From IMG/VR virus record IMGVR_UViG_3300037107_000081, positions 11,034 to 75,033 of that record: a stretch of DNA of 64,000 nt, one strand, 5' to 3'. Positions 8,818 through 18,647 of this stretch are shown here, piece by piece. The first letter of the stretch is position 1; every line of letters starts with the position of its first letter. The position numbers and the translations under genes are program-made. Below the pieces are notes generated by a model. That model was not told the DNA's origin. It made no database searches and was given only the letters and a program-made list of their open reading frames with translations. The stretch comes from a virus.

Positions 8818-9797
8818 TGAATACGCACGAAGCTTGTCAATTATTAGGAATACCCGTAAATTCCCCAATGGAAGATGCTAAGGCCGCATTTAAAAAACTA
8901 GCAATACAATATCACCCAGATCGAAATAAAGATCCAGGCGCAGAGGATAAGTTTAAGGAAATTAATACAGCTTTCCAGTTCCTTGAGAAATATGGAACCA
9001 ATCCTCAAAACAATATTAATACGGGAGGTTTTGGTTTTAATATTGATTTCGGTGACCTTAATCAACGTATGGCCCAGATGTTTCACCAGAATTTTGTCAT
9101 TAATCATCCAGGCCCTCCAATTGTAATAACCATATCAATTCCTTTCGAGATGTCTGTCCTTGGTGGAAATAAAGAAATTACATATAATAGATTAGTGAAA
9201 TGTGCCAATTGTATAGATGGAAAAACTAAAGTGCCTTGTAAGAAATGTAATGGTACAGGTAAACGAAAATATGGCGGTGATTTTAATGGGGGATTCAAAC
9301 CAGCTGATGATAGAGAACTTCCCTGTAATGGATGTACAGCTACCGGATCCACTACCTATGGAATATGTAAAGCCTGTAATGGATCATCTAAAACACAAAC
9401 TTCAGAGACATTTTCAATCCAAATCCCACCAGGTGTTCAAAATGGTAACAACTTAATAATGAATGGTAGAGGAAATTATCGGATTATGGATTTGTATGAT
9501 GCACTTGTTATTGTTATAAACGTTGAAAAAGACCCTGATTTTATCCTTGTTGGAAATGATGTTATATCTAATGTTGAGCTTAGTTTGTTGGAAGCCCTCA
9601 AAGGAACAAAGAAAAGCTTAAGAACTATAAAAGGTGAGAAAACATTACAATTCAATCCAAAGATAAAAAACGGTGATAAAATAAAGGTATCAGGATTCGG
9701 AGTACCACCAAACGGCCATCATGTATACGAAATTACTGTAAACTATCCAGAAGATGTGTCAGAATTAATTAATGTACTGGAAAAAGATATTATATAA
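8817..9797 (+). CDS. dnaJ: DnaJ chaperone
   Basis: J-domain HPD, CxxCxGxG-type repeats, C-terminal SLLEALKG domain. Confidence 0.92.
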   Translation: MNTHEACQLLGIPVNSPMEDAKAAFKKLAIQYHPDRNKDPGAEDKFKEINTAFQFLEKYGTNPQNNINTGGFGFNIDFGDLNQRMAQMFHQNFVINHPGPPIVITISIPFEMSVLGGNKEITYNRLVKCANCIDGKTKVPCKKCNGTGKRKYGGDFNGGFKPADDRELPCNGCTATGSTTYGICKACNGSSKTQTSETFSIQIPPGVQNGNNLIMNGRGNYRIMDLYDALVIVINVEKDPDFILVGNDVISNVELSLLEALKGTKKSLRTIKGEKTLQFNPKIKNGDKIKVSGFGVPPNGHHVYEITVNYPEDVSELINVLEKDII

Positions 9798-9800
9798 ATT

Positions 9801-9836
9801 CTCTGGTAAAAATAAAGTAAATGACCAAAATGTAAC
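9801..9836 (+). promoter_or_regulatory. Bipartite motif copy CTCTGGTAAAA-N19-TGTAAC
   Basis: Intergenic, upstream of ATG 9864; spacer contains ATGACCAAA. Confidence 0.6.
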
Positions 9837-9863
9837 AAATGGATAATATTATAAAGGAAAACA

Positions 9864-10220
9864 ATGGATTATAGATCATTCTGCGACAACAAAGACTGCC
9901 ATAAAGAAATGAGACCGGTAGTTGATAAGGAAACTTTAATTGCTTATTGTACCGAATGTGGAAAGCAAGTTAACAACATTTCTCCATTCATGCGCCGACA
10001 AATGATGTCCTTCGATCAAATAAGGCGTAATGAAAAAAAGAAATTACCATGGGCTATAAAATGTAACGGCGAGAAGTGTAAGAAGGAAGGCCCACCTGAA
10101 TTGAAGGAAGGTAAGTTGGTGTGCTCATTCTGTGGAAAAGAATTAGATCATGTCGCTAAGCCTTTTGCCGAAATGATTAAAGTTAACCTTACTGCACAGA
10201 ATAGGGCCGATGGAAAGTGA
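9864..10220 (+). CDS. Double Zn-ribbon protein
   Basis: CDNKDC/CTEC and CNGEKC/CSFC; GTGA overlap with the primase gene. Confidence 0.7.
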   Translation: MDYRSFCDNKDCHKEMRPVVDKETLIAYCTECGKQVNNISPFMRRQMMSFDQIRRNEKKKLPWAIKCNGEKCKKEGPPELKEGKLVCSFCGKELDHVAKPFAEMIKVNLTAQNRADGK

Positions 10221-11017
10221 CCGCCATTGCTCAACATAAATCAAAACAAAAAATATTGAATAAAGTTGTCTTGGCGTGTAGGCACTTACTTACATCAGAA
10301 CAAGCTAAGAAGGCCAGGATTTGTCTTAATTCCAGGCTTTCTAAGGAACATCAGCAGGCTTGGCAATTCGGATACTTCCCAACCGATGATCATTTAAGTG
10401 ATTTGACAGATTTGGTTGATAAAAAAGATCTTGAACAACTAAATATATATTATCCAAAGTATATTTCAGGTGGTCAGATGGCGCATGGTCATTTTAGTGA
10501 ACATAATTTATTAATGCCTTTTTATAATGTACATGGGGAAATAGTAAGCTTAGTAGGAAGATGTTTATTATCTGAGGAAGAAAGACAAGAAGCTAAGCTG
10601 AATAAATATAAGTATAGCGCCGGTTGTAAAAAAGATCTGTTTGTCTATGGATTAAATAAGGCTAAACAATCAATTATAGAGAAAAATTGTGTGATTGTAA
10701 CGGAAGGCCAGTTTGACGCGATCTCATTGAATATAATGGGGATTGAGAATGTAGTGGCGTTGGGGTGGGCAAACATTTCTAGATATCAAATGTTTCAGCT
10801 TCATAGGTATACTAATAATATTATACTGATGCTTGATAATGATGAGGCTGGTCAAAAGGGTAAGGTTAAGATAAAAGAGAAATATAAAGATGTGTGTAAT
10901 ATTAAATTATTAAGTCCTCCGAAAGGATTTAAAGATATAGATGAGTTTTTTAGGAGCTCGAAAGATATTGATATGGTTAATCGTGTTATATGTATGTTAA
11001 ATGGCTTCGCGTATTAA
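10217..11017 (+). CDS. dnaG: DNA primase catalytic core (TOPRIM) lacking the N-terminal Zn-binding domain
   Basis: PF....G.IV...GR, KY, YGL..AK, TEGQFD, LDNDEAG, KDIDE. Confidence 0.88.
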   Translation: MTAIAQHKSKQKILNKVVLACRHLLTSEQAKKARICLNSRLSKEHQQAWQFGYFPTDDHLSDLTDLVDKKDLEQLNIYYPKYISGGQMAHGHFSEHNLLMPFYNVHGEIVSLVGRCLLSEEERQEAKLNKYKYSAGCKKDLFVYGLNKAKQSIIEKNCVIVTEGQFDAISLNIMGIENVVALGWANISRYQMFQLHRYTNNIILMLDNDEAGQKGKVKIKEKYKDVCNIKLLSPPKGFKDIDEFFRSSKDIDMVNRVICMLNGFAY

Positions 11018-11038
11018 TGGCTTCTTCTAAGGAAATGA

Positions 11039-11515
11039 ATGGGTAAAAAAAATAATAGATCGAATGGGTATCAACATCTTTTTGCAGAACAAAGTTATCC
11101 GATTGAGATTTTGTCGGAATTTAGCGAGAGTCAAGGATTAGTTGAGAATTACAATCCAGATGATAAAGAAGAATTGTTGATATTAAAAGAAAGGCTTATT
11201 GAAGAATTTTGGAGAATTGCTAAGGAAAATTTAACCAAAAGACAATTAGAAGTAATTACACTGATGTCGAAGAATTACACCCAGATCGAGATCGCGAAAA
11301 TTTTGCGCGTGAACCAATCTTCGATCACGAAGAGCCTGAACGGAAATTCAGATTATCGCGGTACTGTAAAAGGAGATGGAGACAAGAAATCAAGATCTAC
11401 AAAGATCAGGGTGTACGGAGGCATCCGCCGTAAAATGAAAAAGATTGCTGACAAAGATCCTAGAGTGATTGAAATCCTTGAACAAATGGCTGATATTCAT
11501 TCACAATATTCTTAG
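11039..11515 (+). CDS. Sigma-70 region 4-like HTH protein (phage sigma/regulator)
   Basis: LTKRQLEVI.L....YTQIEIAKIL.VNQSSI. Confidence 0.7.
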   Translation: MGKKNNRSNGYQHLFAEQSYPIEILSEFSESQGLVENYNPDDKEELLILKERLIEEFWRIAKENLTKRQLEVITLMSKNYTQIEIAKILRVNQSSITKSLNGNSDYRGTVKGDGDKKSRSTKIRVYGGIRRKMKKIADKDPRVIEILEQMADIHSQYS

Positions 11516-11829
11516 ATTATTCCTTGTTCAGCCAGTATTTGTTGAATATGGTTTCTGATCTCTTCTTCTGTTTGATTATAATAAGTACAAATAAGAAGAC
11601 AATTATTTTCTTTGCATAATCTATATTTATCTGCATCTTTATATAATTGATAGAAAAAATCTTTTATTCCATTACGATGAAAACTATTGTAAATATAACA
11701 GTGTTGTGGACCTTGATGTTCTAGTATTATATTTAATTCTTCGCAGTAACAGTCGGCTTCATATGGGTATTTTGTTTTTTCATTAAATTTAAAAAAGAAT
11801 TCTTCACTAAAAATTTGTTGATAGATTGA
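11512..11829 (-). pseudogene. Start-less remnant of a Vsr/DUF559-like PD-(D/E)XK endonuclease
   Basis: Open minus frame reads YEADCYCEELNIILEHQGPQHC...FH...F..Q..KD..K..LCKENNCLLICTYY; stops immediately upstream and no start codon. Confidence 0.7.
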
Positions 11830-11995
11830 TTATTACTTTTAACGAATCTTTGAATAAATACAAAGATAATTTGTCAGAGACGGAATTAGAGGATATAATT
11901 CAGCAATCACTAATGGAATTTTGGATAAGCGCTAGTACTGTTGGTTTCAGAAAAACAAAAAGAAAAATTAAGTGAAATACCTTTTATAGATATGA

Positions 11996-12334
11996 TTATG
12001 TCATTTGGTGAGGTGAATTAATAGCCAATGTCTTAAACCTCATCAGCTGTCTTTTAATATCCAGCTCCAGCATTTGTATATTATCACCTTTTGCTTCGGC
12101 TATCTTTAATTTATTTTCTATCCACCATTTTTCAGGAAATCCGCACAGATCCACATAAACAATATAGTTAAACTTATTATTTCGCGTTTTCTTAGCTGAT
12201 ATTGTAATAAGAATATCTCCAATGACTCCCTCCCAATTGAGGTTGCCATTGCCCGAAGTTGTTCTTTCTTCGAGTGGTATTCCAATAAAAGTCTGCATGA
12301 GAAGATGCAAGATTATTCTAATGATTATTGCCAT
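11996..12334 (-). CDS. Hypothetical protein
   Basis: 112-aa ORF in an otherwise empty gap. Confidence 0.45.
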   Translation of the reverse strand: MAIIIRIILHLLMQTFIGIPLEERTTSGNGNLNWEGVIGDILITISAKKTRNNKFNYIVYVDLCGFPEKWWIENKLKIAEAKGDNIQMLELDIKRQLMRFKTLAINSPHQMT

Positions 12335-12430
12335 GATATATTTGTAGGGTAATAATATAGCAATATCTTGTGGGTATATTTTCGCATTGATTTAGCGAAT
12401 TTGCCCAACGCCGTTATTATTGGAGAACCC

Positions 12431-12937
12431 ATGGATGATAAGTTTGCAGTTGATTTTGATAACCTAACCCAAAAATTACTACCCAAGCGCGCTTATCGTT
12501 TGTCAGATGTAGCCGATCGTGTTGAAAAGGTTGGTTTTGATTTGGTTCGTTTCCGAGATAATGAGGATACAGAACAATTATGGCAGGTACAAAAGAATCC
12601 TGATGGTGATGAAGTAATTGTTGCTCTTTACAATGATAACGGTGAAGAAATAAAGGCTGAGTCAAGCATCAAGAAGAATTGGGAAGCAATACCTGACAAG
12701 AAGGCAGTTCATGTTTTTTACAAAGGTGAGGCATTGCTTTCATTGTCTAGTCAGGATCTTGGGGTTCCTGCCGACGAGTTTAATATTGTTCGCAGATGGT
12801 TGCCAAGAAAGCTTGAGACTGACCAAAACTTCCAGAGAATATTACTCAGCAAGGTAGCTAATGATGGTCGAAAGCTAATTGCTCAGAGATTTCCAGAACT
12901 CACAAAGGTTGCCAATATTTCAACTGAGACGGTATAA
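12431..12937 (+). CDS. Hypothetical head-module protein
   Basis: Likely ATG 12431 after GGAG; first gene of the long plus-strand structural operon. Confidence 0.65.
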   Translation: MDDKFAVDFDNLTQKLLPKRAYRLSDVADRVEKVGFDLVRFRDNEDTEQLWQVQKNPDGDEVIVALYNDNGEEIKAESSIKKNWEAIPDKKAVHVFYKGEALLSLSSQDLGVPADEFNIVRRWLPRKLETDQNFQRILLSKVANDGRKLIAQRFPELTKVANISTETV

Positions 12938-12946
12938 CGAGGAATT

Positions 12947-14482
12947 ATGTTGAATTTACAAGAACTTTCATCTTTAATAAAAAAAGCCGCAGATACAATT
13001 GAGGCTAATGAAAAATTTCCCGTTGCTATTTTGGCAGCAAAAGCAAGGCGAGAGGCAAGTGCAAGGCCAACAGATACTCATCTAATAAATGCGTCGCAGG
13101 TTCTTACTAAAATAGCATCTTCTGACAAAATGTTTATTAGTAAGAGTGAACTTGCTAATATAGTCGAACGTTTTGGAGCAACCCACTCTAAGCTATCTTC
13201 GGTTTTTTCTGAGGAACTTGGCAAGCGTGCAGAACCAAAGCCGCAGACGTTCGCTCGAGAAGCTAATGAGGGCATTTCTCTGGACCGTGACTATCAAAGA
13301 TTTTCGGATCCGGTTCTAGCTAATGCATTGAGTGGTGCTTTTGATGCCAAGCCTGTTGAGAAGATTTATTCGCCGGCTGATGCACAGAGAGCTCATCGTG
13401 CGGCTTATGCTCAATTGCTTAGTATTGGTGTTGTTCCTAAGGAAGTTGTTACATTCGCTGGTCGTAAGGATATAATTATCTGCCAGGCTAATTACGAAAC
13501 ACAAATGGGTCAAGCTAATGTATTGATTCCGGTTGAGTTGATTGAGGGTAGAGCCGTTCTTCCATCAATGTTTTTTAGTCTAAATGGTTTTGAAGATTTG
13601 GAAAAGACCGCTTATCTAGACCACATTAAGGCAGTGGTAGGTAAAGGGTTTAGAGTTGATGGTTCTAAGCTTCTTGATGTTCTTGAGCAGGTGAAGCGTG
13701 GCAGTTCAACTCTGTGCAATGATGTAGAATTGGCTGCAATAAAGGTAGCCTCAGAGCAAAACTCGCCGGCCATGCTAGATCAAAACGGTATTTATTATAC
13801 AGAAGTTCTTGATACAAAGGCTGATGTTGAGCTTCCAAAGATGGCCGAGACTAAGGAGAGTAAGTTTGCCGAGACACTAAGCTCTGCAAACGGAATTGCT
13901 AACTTCATTCATAGTGATCGTGTTGTAGAAGCAGGCCGGTCCATGCTCAGTAGGAAATTTGCTGAGATTGGTTACAAGAGTGTTCAGATTAAGGTAGCCG
14001 AAGTTGAGAAGGATAAGATTTTTTATGCTGTGGCTATTGGAACTGGTACTGGATTTAAGGTTCCGATTGAAGTAACTGGAACAAACGTATTCCCTCCAAA
14101 GATTATATTTGCTGATGGCATTGTTACAGCTTTTAGTAAGGAAGCAATAACAGAGGCAGTTAAGGCTGGTATTGGGGGTAACAAACAAGCATTATCGATT
14201 GCTAGTAACTGTTCTGGAATGAAACCAACTGAACTTCTTGATATTGTAAAGAAGGCTGTTCATGATGGTAATTATGCTAGGGCCGAAGATGCAATAAATG
14301 TTTTAGGTGAGATCGATCCAAGCGCACAGAAGGTTGCTATTGCGCACATGATGTTGAATATTTCTGAGTCTGGTAAAGATCCTAGTGGTGATATTTCCGA
14401 GATGCAGAAATTAGCAAACAAGCCAGTACAAGACACTCCGATGTTTATGAGTTATAAGATTTTCTTTCCGGAAGGAGCTTAA
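12947..14482 (+). CDS. Putative virion/head-associated protein
   Basis: 511 aa, GAGG RBS, several K-x-A motifs (KKAA, KIAS, KRAE, KVAS). Confidence 0.65.
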   Translation: MLNLQELSSLIKKAADTIEANEKFPVAILAAKARREASARPTDTHLINASQVLTKIASSDKMFISKSELANIVERFGATHSKLSSVFSEELGKRAEPKPQTFAREANEGISLDRDYQRFSDPVLANALSGAFDAKPVEKIYSPADAQRAHRAAYAQLLSIGVVPKEVVTFAGRKDIIICQANYETQMGQANVLIPVELIEGRAVLPSMFFSLNGFEDLEKTAYLDHIKAVVGKGFRVDGSKLLDVLEQVKRGSSTLCNDVELAAIKVASEQNSPAMLDQNGIYYTEVLDTKADVELPKMAETKESKFAETLSSANGIANFIHSDRVVEAGRSMLSRKFAEIGYKSVQIKVAEVEKDKIFYAVAIGTGTGFKVPIEVTGTNVFPPKIIFADGIVTAFSKEAITEAVKAGIGGNKQALSIASNCSGMKPTELLDIVKKAVHDGNYARAEDAINVLGEIDPSAQKVAIAHMMLNISESGKDPSGDISEMQKLANKPVQDTPMFMSYKIFFPEGA

Positions 14483-14484
14483 TC

Positions 14485-17400
14485 ATGCCAGTTTCAATGG
14501 ACCTAAGACTTCTAGCCAAAAAGCTGGAAAAAAGCAGTGATGATGTTTTGGTCAATGCTTCCTTAAAAAGCCCTAAGGAATTCGAAAGAGTTTCAATGGC
14601 CGTTGCTGCTGCATCTACTTTGCTAGAAGAAGTTGCAAATGACATGGATAATCAAGCTTCTTTTAGTATTACAGAACAACAGCTCGATGAATTGGCCGCT
14701 CTCGCAAGTTCGTTTGATGAGAGCAATGATCCACTATTGAGAAAACAAGCTTCTGTTATTGATGAGTTATTACTTAGCATTGCGGCTCCAAAAAATGCCA
14801 TTGCTGCTGCTAATAAAGCTACTGCCGACGAGATTAAGAGATTGCGTGAACAGCATAGCAAGGGTCGTCGTGAAGAAGCTTATGATGCGCCAAGGGAAGC
14901 TCTGCACAAGATGGAAAATGCAGCTGGCCAAGCCAAAGCAGTTGAGCAGCAGGTAAAGCGATTTGTGCCTATGGAAGCTCCTTTGCAAACTCGTTATCCC
15001 CCGGATCGTCCTGGTGGGCAGATGACTCGCATTACTGACCATGTTTATCAGGATATAGTTACTGGAATTATCTATGACTATAAAGCCGGATACAAGACTC
15101 AGAAGGGCAATGAGGTTCCTGGTGGATCTGTTGAGAATCAAACTCGTGAACTGGGTGATTCTCGTAACCAAGGCACATCTATGTTTGAGAGTCGTCAGTC
15201 TTTGATGGGGCGCTATGCCGAGGACAATTCTGATCTAAAAAAAAATTCAGCAATAGATAAAATTGCAATAGCGCTGAAATCTATTCGTGATTTTGCGCCT
15301 AAATTATTAAATGCTGCTATTGATAATGCTCGGGATGATGGTCTTTCAACATCTCAGATTGCCGATATTCTTGCTTCAGATATTTCCAGCAAAAGGGGAT
15401 TAGAAGCCATAGCTCAATATGAAGGAGACGATGAATATCAAGTAAACCCTTTAGCCGATGAACTTGATGACATTTCTGAAGAGGAGAGGGATTATCAAGG
15501 GGCTAGGAGATTATTTAAAGCAATTTCAGATTCAGGTTGGAAAAATAGTCCAGCTTTAATTGCTCATCATATCGCAGCGTTATCAGAACACGGTGCATCT
15601 CCATTGACAATAGACTTGCTTCAAAGAGAATTTTTATTTGGAGAATCATTAGATGAACCAAATGATGATGGTCCAATAACTGTACGACCACATGCTGAAA
15701 TAGAAAGCGCACCAACTGTATTCTCACCATTAAGTGCTTCATCAAAACAAAGCTTAATGGCTCTTGCATTGAGTGCGATCCAAGAATTAGCACCGCATCT
15801 TCTAAAATCGGCTGTTGCAAAATCAAAAGAATTATTAACTGATCAACAAATAAAATCAGTTTTATCATCTAATTTTGTTAACAAGTTCGATAAACAAGCT
15901 GATGAAATAAAGATTGCTGAATCTCTGTTCCCGCATTTAAAAGATTTGGGCTGGAATGATTTAATAGAACAGCACACAAAAGTAATGTCGGCTCTAGGAA
16001 TCAGCCAAGATAAAATACAAAAACTCTCTGGTAAAAAAACTAATAGAATTAATGTATTATCAAATATTTTAAAATCAGCTGGTGTAAGAGAGATTGAATT
16101 TACAGATGAGCTGCCAGATTTAGAATTAGATAAAGAACCAGAGTTTGTTAATGTATTAGATCCAAATGCTGAGGAAGAAGAGGTTCCTACTGAGCTACCA
16201 AGAGATACTATTCCATCTCCACCTCCAGCAAATAAACCAACATTACCGCCATGGAATCCAAAGGTAAAAGAGCATGTGTTGACAGAAAGGGATAAAGAAA
16301 GGCAAGTTAAACCATTTACAGAAAAGCACAATGATATATTAAAGGGTGTTGTTAGTTCTTTATCTTTACCTTGGGGTGAATATATAAGCAAGCACCCAGA
16401 AACAAAACTAAGCTCTGAAAAAGTTAGACAATTAGAAACAGAAATTGGAAATCTTGTTCAGGCAGCTAAGACAGGAAGAGGTAATGATACTCCTGGTTTT
16501 GAAAAAATATTTGGAAGCTTTAAGTTCAAGGGCGAAACAATGCCTGTTGCTGTAGATAAACTTCCTAAAGATGTTAAAGATGCCATGAAAGATATGTTTA
16601 TGGCAAAGGAAACTACTGAATCTGTTGCTAAATATCTTATGAAGCTTATTAGGGCTGGCGCAGATTTTGAGATTATTCCGCTCAAAGAATTGCAAAAGGC
16701 TCGTGTAGCAATGCTTGGGCCGCAAAATAAAAGACAAGCTGAAGAATTAAGACAGAAAGTTTTTGGTGGAATTTTAAGAAAAGCAACTAATTATATCCTG
16801 GCTGGTAAAAATCTTCCTGCGATGTTTGATTCTCAAGAAGGCGATAACGAAATTACAGCGCTTAAGTTTACAAAAATGCTTGAGGATATTGTGGGTGAAG
16901 TAACTACAACTAGAAGGAAGAAGGGGTTGGTTGCTGAGTTGCCAGAGGATAAGATTTCTTTATTTAGTGATCCTCAAGAATATATACAGATGTTTAGGGA
17001 AGCTCAAGAAAAGTTTCCAACAATATCTCAAAAATCAATGGCTGATAAACTTCACAATGCAGAAATGAGAAAGCAGCAGAGCCAATATATGGAAGAGAAG
17101 GGGTATATTTCTCCGGATGAAAAATTAATTGGTGGTGCTAGTGCTCGTTTCATGTTGCCCTGGCAGTTGGAGGGTGATTATGGTGGAGAGTGGACCGAAG
17201 ATTTCCAGGGTATGAAGAATCTTTTCGAAAACCCAAAGGAATATGAGCATAAATATATTGAGGCCAAACACAAGTTTCCATATAAGAGACAAGAAGTTCC
17301 CAAGGAAGTTTATCAGATTAGGGCTGCAGAACCAGAAAATGTAGCAAATATTCCGAGAGAAATTAAGGATAAGATATTTAATTTGATGAATTCAGGAATA

Positions 17401-17841
17401 ACAAATGATGAGCTTATTGAAACCATGAAACAGGATAATGTTAGTCCAGAAACCGTTACAAAATACAAAGACTTCCTAAAGAACAGTGGTGGCGGAATTC
17501 GTGGATTGGTTAGTAGAATGGCTAATGCTAAGAATGGTCCAGTAGATATATCAAAAGTAAAAGCTATGATTAAGAAGAGATGGCCTAATGCTGATGCTTC
17601 TGATGATATTATAGATCATTTGTATTCTATTGAGTTGGCTAATGCTAAAGATAAGGAAAAGAAAGATTCTGAAATTGATAGGTGGATGGCTGAGCAGGGT
17701 TTCTTCCCGCCCAATCAACCGGCTACAATTGGTGGTAGGTCATTCGCTAAAATCCTAAGTGGAAATGGGTTTTTCAATCCTCTTGGAGCTGATCCGATTA
17801 ATGCTCGCAAAAAGGAAGACATTAAACATGGGCGAGCGTAA
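14485..17841 (+). CDS. Large putative internal head protein
   Basis: 1118 aa; KQAS, RYAE, KQAD, KSAG motifs; A9 tract at 15237-15245. Confidence 0.65.
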   Translation: MPVSMDLRLLAKKLEKSSDDVLVNASLKSPKEFERVSMAVAAASTLLEEVANDMDNQASFSITEQQLDELAALASSFDESNDPLLRKQASVIDELLLSIAAPKNAIAAANKATADEIKRLREQHSKGRREEAYDAPREALHKMENAAGQAKAVEQQVKRFVPMEAPLQTRYPPDRPGGQMTRITDHVYQDIVTGIIYDYKAGYKTQKGNEVPGGSVENQTRELGDSRNQGTSMFESRQSLMGRYAEDNSDLKKNSAIDKIAIALKSIRDFAPKLLNAAIDNARDDGLSTSQIADILASDISSKRGLEAIAQYEGDDEYQVNPLADELDDISEEERDYQGARRLFKAISDSGWKNSPALIAHHIAALSEHGASPLTIDLLQREFLFGESLDEPNDDGPITVRPHAEIESAPTVFSPLSASSKQSLMALALSAIQELAPHLLKSAVAKSKELLTDQQIKSVLSSNFVNKFDKQADEIKIAESLFPHLKDLGWNDLIEQHTKVMSALGISQDKIQKLSGKKTNRINVLSNILKSAGVREIEFTDELPDLELDKEPEFVNVLDPNAEEEEVPTELPRDTIPSPPPANKPTLPPWNPKVKEHVLTERDKERQVKPFTEKHNDILKGVVSSLSLPWGEYISKHPETKLSSEKVRQLETEIGNLVQAAKTGRGNDTPGFEKIFGSFKFKGETMPVAVDKLPKDVKDAMKDMFMAKETTESVAKYLMKLIRAGADFEIIPLKELQKARVAMLGPQNKRQAEELRQKVFGGILRKATNYILAGKNLPAMFDSQEGDNEITALKFTKMLEDIVGEVTTTRRKKGLVAELPEDKISLFSDPQEYIQMFREAQEKFPTISQKSMADKLHNAEMRKQQSQYMEEKGYISPDEKLIGGASARFMLPWQLEGDYGGEWTEDFQGMKNLFENPKEYEHKYIEAKHKFPYKRQEVPKEVYQIRAAEPENVANIPREIKDKIFNLMNSGITNDELIETMKQDNVSPETVTKYKDFLKNSGGGIRGLVSRMANAKNGPVDISKVKAMIKKRWPNADASDDIIDHLYSIELANAKDKEKKDSEIDRWMAEQGFFPPNQPATIGGRSFAKILSGNGFFNPLGADPINARKKEDIKHGRA

Positions 17842-17849
17842 GGAATGAA

Positions 17850-18647
17850 ATGCCAGCTGATTTTACAAAGATTATTGATCATCCCGAGAAGCAAAATATA
17901 ATCTCGAAGCTTGTTAGCGGTGAGAATTCTAAAGTTGTATCTAATTACCTAAAAGATAAATATTCAAAAGCCGATGAAGCACACCTAAGAATTCCGGCAA
18001 CAACTCTACAGGAATTTTTGGATACGTATGCCGATCATCATGGGTTTGTAAAAAAGATAATTCAGAGGGATGCTGATAGTAAAATAGATAGGAAGATTGC
18101 AGAATCACTAATGGATACGCGTGCTTGGAGGGAGCGTGTTCAAGATGGTGTTGATAAGCAATTAAATTATATAGAGAAGCTTGATCATTTAACAACTATT
18201 ATGGAGGCTCGCGCTGAACAATTATTTGATTTGATTCAGAGTGATCCGGAAAATAGTAAAGTTGACTATATTTTTACTAAGTACGCAGAAATATTAATGC
18301 AGATAATTGAAAAGGCTGACAAAATTCGTAATGATAAACCAGATGTGCGTGTTGAGCATACCTATACTTTACAGATGGTAGAACAGCAATCATTTGCATT
18401 TCAGGAAACAATTCGTGAGTTTCTTCCGCGTCTTGGTCCAGATCAGGTTTCTATATTTTTTGATTTGTTAAATGAGAATCTATCCAAGATGAAGCCTAAA
18501 GAAATAGGGCCAGCTCCAGTTACAACAAGAGATATTGAAAAAGAAAGACAATCACTGGATAAGTTGGATGCTAATGTTCAGGAATTTGATCAGAAATTTT
18601 TAGAAGAATATAAAGATGAAGAGGAGGATGAAGATGAGTCTGAATAA
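17850..18647 (+). CDS. Hypothetical protein, possible terminase small subunit
   Basis: N-terminal HPEKQNII.KL.SGE.S..VS.YL HTH-like segment plus helical body, in the head module. Confidence 0.4.
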   Translation: MPADFTKIIDHPEKQNIISKLVSGENSKVVSNYLKDKYSKADEAHLRIPATTLQEFLDTYADHHGFVKKIIQRDADSKIDRKIAESLMDTRAWRERVQDGVDKQLNYIEKLDHLTTIMEARAEQLFDLIQSDPENSKVDYIFTKYAEILMQIIEKADKIRNDKPDVRVEHTYTLQMVEQQSFAFQETIREFLPRLGPDQVSIFFDLLNENLSKMKPKEIGPAPVTTRDIEKERQSLDKLDANVQEFDQKFLEEYKDEEEDEDESE

